Positions 57,512 to 64,000 of a DNA stretch of 64,000 nt are shown one piece after another. The notes under the pieces are model-generated. The model was given only the letters and a program-made list of their open reading frames with translations, searched no databases and was not told the DNA's origin. The stretch lies in the NCBI GenBank assembly GCA_014297435.1, contig JACOQA010000001.1:128001-192000 (forward strand), given 5' to 3'. Origin of the DNA: Candidatus Nanohaloarchaea archaeon. Its GTDB lineage: Archaea > Nanohalarchaeota > Nanosalinia > Nanosalinales > Nanosalinaceae. The first letter of the stretch is position 1. Every line of letters starts with the position of its first letter. Position numbers and translations under genes: made by a program.

Positions 57512-58420
57512 TTATTCCGGTCTATGCGGTTTAACCTCGAACTTCTTGCCGTCTTCTGCTAACTCCGAGTTTTCAAACACTTCTCTAGATTCTTCCAGCA
57601 GTTCACTTTCTTTGCCGTTCCTAAATCTCCTCGATAGATGGGTCATAATCAATTTTTCTACGTCCGCTTCTTCAGCTATTTCTGCTGCCTGTTTTGCTGA
57701 TGTATGCCCTTTCCGATCTTCAATCATTTCGTGTAGACAGGTAGCTTCGTGAATCAAAAGGTCGGCATTTTCTGCGTTATCTATCATGTTTTCACATTTT
57801 GCAGTGTCGCCTGAGTAAACAATTTTCCGACCAGGAACTTTTTCCACGACTTCTTCCGGCTTAATTGTTTCTCCATCGTGTTCAACCGATTCGCCGTTTT
57901 TTAGTTCACCTATTTTTGGTGAGGCTTCGAGCCCTAGTTCTTTCATTTTTTCTTTGTTGGCTTTCACAGTTTCTTCTTCCCTGAATGTGAATCCAAAGGC
58001 GTTTATGCCGTGTTCGACCTCGAAAGGTTTTACAGTGTATCCTTCTCCGGCGATTACATCTCCTTCGACAAGATCTTCTACGAATATGTCGTATGAACGG
58101 TTGAAGTAGCCGGTGTCAAGGATTCTGTCGGTGAACTCTTCTGTTCTTGGCGGTCCGTAGATGTAGAGAGGTTTTTCTCTTCCTTCCATCTCAAGTGTCT
58201 GGATTAGTCCTAGTAATCCTGAGAAGTGGTCTGCGTGCCAGTGTGAGATAAAGACTTTGTCTATCTTCATTAGTCCCATCTTGTGCTTCATCAGGTTTCT
58301 CTGTGTTCCTTCGCCGCAGTCAAAAAGTATTCTTTCGCCCTTGTAGTTTATGAGGTTAGATGCTAGGGCTCTGTCTGCTGTTGGTACTGCGCTTGAGGTG
58401 CCTACGGTCCAGATATCCAT
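57512..58420 (-). CDS. rnz: Ribonuclease Z
   Basis: GTSSAVPT, DCGEGTQ, SHWHADH, YSGDT, HEAT, THLSRR. Confidence 0.96.
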   Translation of the reverse strand: MDIWTVGTSSAVPTADRALASNLINYKGERILFDCGEGTQRNLMKHKMGLMKIDKVFISHWHADHFSGLLGLIQTLEMEGREKPLYIYGPPRTEEFTDRILDTGYFNRSYDIFVEDLVEGDVIAGEGYTVKPFEVEHGINAFGFTFREEETVKANKEKMKELGLEASPKIGELKNGESVEHDGETIKPEEVVEKVPGRKIVYSGDTAKCENMIDNAENADLLIHEATCLHEMIEDRKGHTSAKQAAEIAEEADVEKLIMTHLSRRFRNGKESELLEESREVFENSELAEDGKKFEVKPHRPE

Positions 58421-58494
58421 ATGCATTTCTTTGGTGTAGGAGTTTTAAGCAGTTGATGAAAAGAAATTTAACTGTCACCTATAGGTCACTATAT

Positions 58495-58905
58495 ATGGGG
58501 TCTAGTGCAGACTTTCCAAGTTCTTCTTCAAACTTCAAACACAGACGTATACGCGCTGAAGGATCCTCCTACATACTGACAGAAGGCAACCTGAATGTCA
58601 AATGCAGATCTGAAAGCGATCTAATAGCCATCACTGACCTTGGTTGTGGAAAAAGCTACGCATCAACTAAATTGACTGACTCAGACTATGGGCTATGGGA
58701 TCCTCTCAAAGAAATGTCAGGTGGGTCTTACGCCGATAAATTAAATGAATTTGGACCCGAAGAAGTGTGGGCTGTAGAGGAAACCAAAAGCGATACTCTG
58801 GAAAAAATGAGAAGCCTACTACTGGACCATGAGGATCCGACATCTATTCTGGAGCCAAAGAGTGAGCCTGTCAGGGCAACAGAAAGGAGCATGAGATATT
58901 ACTGA
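58495..58905 (+). CDS. Hypothetical protein
   Basis: ORF from ATG 58495 filling the gap between rnz and the Trm11-like gene. Confidence 0.55.
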   Translation: MGSSADFPSSSSNFKHRRIRAEGSSYILTEGNLNVKCRSESDLIAITDLGCGKSYASTKLTDSDYGLWDPLKEMSGGSYADKLNEFGPEEVWAVEETKSDTLEKMRSLLLDHEDPTSILEPKSEPVRATERSMRYY

Positions 58906-59822
58906 AGGATGTAGATATATCTGGTAAGGTTTTTGTGAACGTAGATATCGAATTCGGGACTCATCCCATCTAAGTTTTCTTTATCCGACATGAAAATTAT
59001 CTTGCCTTCGGTAAGCTTGGGTGCCGATTCAAGAAATTTCTCTAAGGTTTTTCCGTCCTTCTTCGAAGCTTTTCCATACGGAACATCTGTTACAACAGCA
59101 TCAAATTCCAAATCAAAAATATCCTCTACTTGATTTATACTTCCTTCTCTTATATCATGGTTTAAAATTCCGTAGTCCTCAAGATTCTTTTTTGTTCCCT
59201 CAACCATCGATACCTGTATATCAAGACCGTAAACATCTATACTACATAGTCCTGCCTCGAGAAGTATTCCTCCTGTGCCGCAGAAAGGGTCTAATAATTT
59301 TTCGCCTGTTGAAACTTCTGAAAGATTGACCAAAACTCTGGCTAGAACAGGATCGAGCGAGACAGGAGATGAAAACTCTCTATTTTGGTTCTTCCTTTGA
59401 TTGAAGAGACTTCTATCTATTTCAAGAATCTGTCTTCCTATAACATACTCGTCCTCTAGTATGTAGACCTTGATTACCTCTTCAGGGTTCTCAAGATCTA
59501 CTGAGTTTTTTTTCGTCTTAATTTCACTTCCTAAATTTTTCTCAACTTCTTTAGTATTCTTTTCGCCTGTTAAATCCTCTGCGCGTACAGCAAAACTGTT
59601 TTCTGGTTCATATTCTGTCTCGAGTTTTTTGGAGCGCTCGATTACCTTTGAAACTTCATGTGTTAAAGCAAGCCTTTTGATTTGGGATGGCTCTTTCTTG
59701 GTTAGAGCCAGCCGTTCTTCCCGTTTTGGATCTTCCTCAATTTCTTGAGAGCTGAGAAACCCCTTAAGCTCCGCCTCCGCTAGTTCTAGGTTTTCTCCGG
59801 CAAGAAGATACGCATAAGTCAT
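58899..59822 (-). CDS. THUMP-domain tRNA G10 methyltransferase (Trm11-like)
   Basis: SFAVR, VDLENP, SLDPVLARVLVNL, DPFCGTGG, TDVPYG. Confidence 0.9.
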   Translation of the reverse strand: MTYAYLLAGENLELAEAELKGFLSSQEIEEDPKREERLALTKKEPSQIKRLALTHEVSKVIERSKKLETEYEPENSFAVRAEDLTGEKNTKEVEKNLGSEIKTKKNSVDLENPEEVIKVYILEDEYVIGRQILEIDRSLFNQRKNQNREFSSPVSLDPVLARVLVNLSEVSTGEKLLDPFCGTGGILLEAGLCSIDVYGLDIQVSMVEGTKKNLEDYGILNHDIREGSINQVEDIFDLEFDAVVTDVPYGKASKKDGKTLEKFLESAPKLTEGKIIFMSDKENLDGMSPEFDIYVHKNLTRYIYILQ

Positions 59823-60823
59823 GGAGCTCCTCCGTTCTTCAGTCCTGTGATCGATATGTAGCCTGCGATAATACCCGGCCAGTACGTGCATAGCCTGTAA
59901 AGAACAGCTGCAGCAACAGCTATACCGGCTTCCCCTGTCACTGCTGGGACAAACGTCGCTATGAGGAAAGCCATGGTTGCTTCGAAAGCACCAGAGCCTC
60001 CGGGGGTAGGAGTAAAGTTGGCTAGACCGGATATAACAATTACAAAGTATAGAGGAGTGAAATCAGGGTCTATACCAAGCGATACAAGCACTAAGTACAG
60101 GCAGCCAACTTGTAAAAGAAAGTAGATATGCGTTATTGCTGCTGTCTCGAGCAGATGTCGTGGATTCTCGCCGATAGTATCAAAGGCATTTTCTATTTCA
60201 TCCATTCTTTCATCAACACTTTCTACAATATTTTGTCCTCTTCCTATTGTATCAGAGATTTTCTGAAGAACAGTAACAATTATTCCTTCGACCGTGCCTG
60301 TTCTAAACCAGAGGGCGTATACAAGAGGACCACCTATAGCTATAATCATGAATGCAGCGTATACGGCTTGAAGCATCAGGTTGTTTATTGAACCGAAAAG
60401 AAGTAGGAAACCAGCCCCTCCAAGGATAAAGGTGAGGGTAGGCATTCCGTTGATAATATCTGCTGATAAAACTGTCGAAAAAGCCTTCTCGTAGGATAGA
60501 TCGGTATTTCTCTTGATTATGTAGGCCATGAATGGCTCTCCGCCGAACTGTCCGAGCGGTGTTATCGAGTTCATGAACTCTCCGGCCATGAATAGTCTGA
60601 AGGAGCTAATTCTTGAGATGTCCAAACCTGTTTTATTTAGGAATTCGTGCCAGGTGTTGGACAGAATAATAAACACAGAGAATCCGAGAATCAATGCCAA
60701 AAACACAAACTTAAGGTCTGCAGAACTTAGAGCATCGATGACCTTGTTTATATCCGCAACATATACCATTGCCACAAGAATTAAAGTGGCGACACCATAC
60801 CAAAGCAAGTTCTTAGTATCCAT
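59819..60823 (-). CDS. Flippase-like membrane protein (lysylphosphatidylglycerol synthase TM family)
   Basis: NSITPLGQFGGEP, PTPGGSGAFE, AVLYRLCTYW. Confidence 0.9.
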   Translation of the reverse strand: MDTKNLLWYGVATLILVAMVYVADINKVIDALSSADLKFVFLALILGFSVFIILSNTWHEFLNKTGLDISRISSFRLFMAGEFMNSITPLGQFGGEPFMAYIIKRNTDLSYEKAFSTVLSADIINGMPTLTFILGGAGFLLLFGSINNLMLQAVYAAFMIIAIGGPLVYALWFRTGTVEGIIVTVLQKISDTIGRGQNIVESVDERMDEIENAFDTIGENPRHLLETAAITHIYFLLQVGCLYLVLVSLGIDPDFTPLYFVIVISGLANFTPTPGGSGAFEATMAFLIATFVPAVTGEAGIAVAAAVLYRLCTYWPGIIAGYISITGLKNGGAP

Positions 60824-61097
60824 AGCGATTCACCTCACCGCAGTTCGCACATATGTAATTTACCTCTTGTTTTTTAGAATCAATCCGTACCTTACAGTTC
60901 TTTCCTGGCTTAAGATATGAATTACAACTAGAACACATCCTTCTTCTCAGTTCGGAAGGCAGTGGGACGTTTTGGCTCATCCCTATCTTTCTAGCAAGCT
61001 CAATATAACGGTTTGAAAGCTCGGTGTTTTCGGGGAAACGTCTTTCGGCTAGCTCGAAAAGTCTTCGAATACGTTCCTCCGCAATCCGCTGCTCCAT
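60813..61097 (-). CDS. rnp4: RNase P protein Rpp21
   Basis: IAEERIRRL, RYIELARKI, CSSC...CANCG. Confidence 0.95.
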   Translation of the reverse strand: MEQRIAEERIRRLFELAERRFPENTELSNRYIELARKIGMSQNVPLPSELRRRMCSSCNSYLKPGKNCKVRIDSKKQEVNYICANCGEVNRYGY

Positions 61098-61153
61098 AAT
61101 GCCAATTTTTCCGGACAGTTTTTTAGAGTGTCTTCCTCATAGGGATTTAGTCG

Positions 61154-62143
61154 ATGAGGATAAGCCATTATTTCGAATGGGAGGACAAAATTACTGGCGG
61201 TTTAAAACAGTCGGTTAAGAATCAGAGAAAGATTCTGGACAGGAGAGGAATAGATTACACGACTGAGCCTGACCTTGATGCAGACATACTACATTTGAAC
61301 AATATGGGTCCGAAATCTGTCTATTACGCTAAAAAGGCGAAGAAAAAAGGCGTGCCGGTAGTAATACACGCTCACAATCCGGCTAAAGATTTTGGAGGCA
61401 GTTTCAAATTTTCAAATCTAATTGCCGGTCCTATGCAGCATTACTTGAACTATGCTTATTCTTTAGGAGACCATTTAATCTGTCCATCTAAGCACAATAA
61501 GGAAGTCCATGAAAGAAATGGTATTGATGTTGAGAAAACAGTAGTTAGTAACGGCTTTGACTCTGAGAAACTAGAAGGGTATGAAGATCTTAGAGAAGAA
61601 TATCTAGAAAGGTATGATCTTGAGCCGCCCGTGGTATTCTGCGTTGGTCATGTGATACCGCGTAAAGGTCTTGAAGCATTTGTGGAGACTGCCAGGAATA
61701 AGCCTGAACTTGATTTTGTCTGGTTTGGCTACATAAACCCTACAGGAGACTTTATGGGCAGACTCCTTCAAACGAGAAAGACTAAAAAAATAATCAAGAA
61801 CTCTCCGGAAAACTGCACCTTCACAGGTTTCATAGAGGATGTGAGAGGAGCTTTTGCCGCTGGCGATATATTTTTCTTCCCTACAAAGGATGAAAATGAG
61901 GGGATGGCTCTACTTGAGGCTATGTCCACGGGCAAACCGCCACTAGTAAGGGATATAGAGGTATTTGATTGGCTGGAGTCAGGAGAAAATGCTTTGAAAA
62001 CAGAAAATTTCGAGAATGCTCTAGAAAAGTTAAAAGACGAGGAACTTAGAGAGAGAATAGGAACTAACGCGGAGAAAAGGTCTGAAGAGTTTAGTCTTGA
62101 CAGAATAGGCGATAAAATTGCCTCTGTTTACAACTCAGTCTGA
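61154..62143 (+). CDS. GT4 glycosyltransferase, diglycosyl-lipid synthase-like
   Basis: ADILHLN, VIPRKG, FVWFG, ENEGMALLEAM. Confidence 0.88.
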   Translation: MRISHYFEWEDKITGGLKQSVKNQRKILDRRGIDYTTEPDLDADILHLNNMGPKSVYYAKKAKKKGVPVVIHAHNPAKDFGGSFKFSNLIAGPMQHYLNYAYSLGDHLICPSKHNKEVHERNGIDVEKTVVSNGFDSEKLEGYEDLREEYLERYDLEPPVVFCVGHVIPRKGLEAFVETARNKPELDFVWFGYINPTGDFMGRLLQTRKTKKIIKNSPENCTFTGFIEDVRGAFAAGDIFFFPTKDENEGMALLEAMSTGKPPLVRDIEVFDWLESGENALKTENFENALEKLKDEELRERIGTNAEKRSEEFSLDRIGDKIASVYNSV

Positions 62144-63409
62144 TTTCTCTACTTGGTACCAGTCGTTTTGACCCTCAAAAATCTGTTCGAAGAACGCCTT
62201 AACAGTTACTAAACTAAATAGGGGGAACATTAACGGTGTTAGTATCCATGAGAGACCTATATTTCTTACTTCGCCATCCCGGAAGTCTTTGATTCTTATG
62301 AGAAGAGGTATTGACATAGTTCCTAGCAGAGGAGCTAGATAATTGGCTGAGGAGCCTGTGAAAAACAGAATTATGAACTTGGAAACGATTGTAAGCATTA
62401 GAAAGCTTCCAATAAGGCTTGAACCACAAATTATTACTGAAAGGAAACTTCTGTAGTTTTTTGTGTTGGTATTTCTCACGAGCTTTCCGAAAACCTGGAA
62501 GTAGCCTCTCATCCATCTTTTTCTCTGACCCCACCAGTCCTTCATGTTGTGAGCTGACTCTTCTTTCACAGGTAGACGATTCATGTCTTTGACATCAAAA
62601 CCTTGTTTGTAGCAAGTATGGGCGAAATCAAAGTCCTCGGTTAACATCTTCTCGCCGTAGCCATCGATCTCCTCGTATTTCTCTCTGGAAATCACTGTGG
62701 CTCGGCTCGCAATCATTCTAAAACCTGTAAATACATAAAGAAGCTGTCTTACTGCGTAATTAAAGACGACAGATTCATAGTAGGCTAGAGATTCGATAAC
62801 GCCGTCTTCTGGCATAGGGAGATAACGTCCTTGGACAGCATCGTGTTTATCTAGAAGTTTAACTGCTGTAGGAAGAAAGTCTTCAGGTACTTTTTGATCT
62901 GCGTCGAAGAATGCCAAAAGTTTTGAATCAGTTTTTGATACAGCATAATTTAAGGCTCCGGCTTTGGAGCTCTCACCTCTGTTTATAATGTAATCTACCC
63001 CTTCTTTCTCTGATAATTTTTCCGCCTCCTTTATTCCTTCTTTATCTTCTGGTTCGCATATTATTACGGTTTTCAGACCTTCGAGATTCGATTCTGAAAG
63101 AGATTCTACGCTTCTATGCAACACTTCGGAATCATGGTATGTCGGGATGAAAGCGGTTAGATCTGCTTCTTGAGACGTCTGCATATTTCTTGATCTGATC
63201 TTCAACCCGAAGACAGCTCCAGAGAAAATGATAAATGCTGCGAAACCTAGACTTGAGAAGGTGGCGTCCAGCATCACTAGATTGAAAGCTACCCTTGGTA
63301 TCTCTATGTAGTAGACTTCTAGACCTTGCCAGAAGCCGAAAGCGATAAGCGCCGCTGAGAGCGCTAGGAACCCTGTTCTCTCTGCCAGCTTTTCAATGTC
63401 GGGAAACAT
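62135..63409 (-). CDS. GT2 processive membrane glycosyltransferase
   Basis: KAGALN, FDAD, LTEDFD, QRKRW, flanking TM helices. Confidence 0.9.
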   Translation of the reverse strand: MFPDIEKLAERTGFLALSAALIAFGFWQGLEVYYIEIPRVAFNLVMLDATFSSLGFAAFIIFSGAVFGLKIRSRNMQTSQEADLTAFIPTYHDSEVLHRSVESLSESNLEGLKTVIICEPEDKEGIKEAEKLSEKEGVDYIINRGESSKAGALNYAVSKTDSKLLAFFDADQKVPEDFLPTAVKLLDKHDAVQGRYLPMPEDGVIESLAYYESVVFNYAVRQLLYVFTGFRMIASRATVISREKYEEIDGYGEKMLTEDFDFAHTCYKQGFDVKDMNRLPVKEESAHNMKDWWGQRKRWMRGYFQVFGKLVRNTNTKNYRSFLSVIICGSSLIGSFLMLTIVSKFIILFFTGSSANYLAPLLGTMSIPLLIRIKDFRDGEVRNIGLSWILTPLMFPLFSLVTVKAFFEQIFEGQNDWYQVEKSD

Positions 63410-63448
63410 TACTGTTTAAAAGAAATAATGTCTTTACATTTTTTATTG

Positions 63449-64000
63449 ATGAGGATAGGGTTTTTTTCCGACAGCTACTTTCCGGAGATTGACGGCGTCA
63501 CATATACTTTGAAGAGCTGGAAAGAAGAACTTGAGAAGAGAGGTCATGATGTGACTATAGTTTATCCAGCGAATCCTGATTACGAGCCGAAGGAAAATGA
63601 AGTGCCTGTACGTTCTATACCTAACCCGTTTTACGGAGGTTACAGAATTCCTCTGCCTCAAAGAATGAAGAGCTTACCTGATTTTGATGTAGTTCACTGT
63701 CATGGACCGGCTACAGTAGGACGTATGGGGAAATTCTACGCTAAAAGAAACGATATACCGACCGTATACACCCACCATACTCCGATAGAGGACTATTTCG
63801 AGCAGAACGTGGGAAGTATAATGGCAGGGTTTCTTCAGAAGCTTTATGTGCCGGCTGAAAATCATTTTCTGAAGGATTTTGATGTGGTTACTGCATCCAC
63901 CGAGATCCACCGGGGCGTGGAAGCCGAGAAACTGCCTGTCGGGCTAGATACGGAGTTTTTCTGTCCTACTGAAGACAAAATGTTCGAGGACCTTGAAGAT
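63449..64000 (+). CDS. GT4 glycosyltransferase, monoglycosyl-lipid synthase-like (3' truncated; not in ORF track)
   Basis: Hand translation MRIGFFSDSYFPEIDGVTYTLKSWKEELEKRGHDV...VVHCHGP...VYTHHTP, open to window end. Confidence 0.88.
   Translation, partial: MRIGFFSDSYFPEIDGVTYTLKSWKEELEKRGHDVTIVYPANPDYEPKENEVPVRSIPNPFYGGYRIPLPQRMKSLPDFDVVHCHGPATVGRMGKFYAKRNDIPTVYTHHTPIEDYFEQNVGSIMAGFLQKLYVPAENHFLKDFDVVTASTEIHRGVEAEKLPVGLDTEFFCPTEDKMFEDLED

Noticed and set aside
1-64000. CRISPR arrays, rRNA/tRNA, IS elements, inteins
   Set aside because: No regularly spaced repeats or transposase motifs seen, and core proteins are of normal length; very short RNAs could be missed by eye

Overview
Gene-dense, strongly acidic archaeal DNA with many overlapping stop codons. 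The salt-adapted proteome plus an intact exosome and DPANN-like gene content point to Nanohaloarchaeota (inference, not a database assignment). Most of the window is conserved information-processing clusters: the proteasome/exosome superoperon (psmA-SBDS-rrp4-rrp41-rrp42-rpl37ae-rpoP-pcc1-pfdB), psmB-aCPSF1, mre11-rad50-herA, pus10-rpl21e-rpoF-DUF655-ksgA-hemK, rps19e-rpl39e-aIF6-rplX-pfdA-ftsY, plus proS, thrS, pyrG, srp54 and tRNA-processing genes. Accessory material interrupts these clusters: (i) a ~14 kb block of large secreted/surface proteins next to herA, two sharing Cys/Asp motifs; (ii) a Doc/Fic toxin with His->Gln facing a probable antidote gene tail-to-tail; (iii) a divergent pair of an atypical Ndk and a kinase-like orphan; (iv) a decayed Tat-signal metzincin; (v) two overlapping apparent pseudo-enzymes; (vi) a glycosyltransferase/flippase-like cluster. 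I saw no tRNA, rRNA, CRISPR array, transposase or integrase. All calls come from motif recognition by eye.
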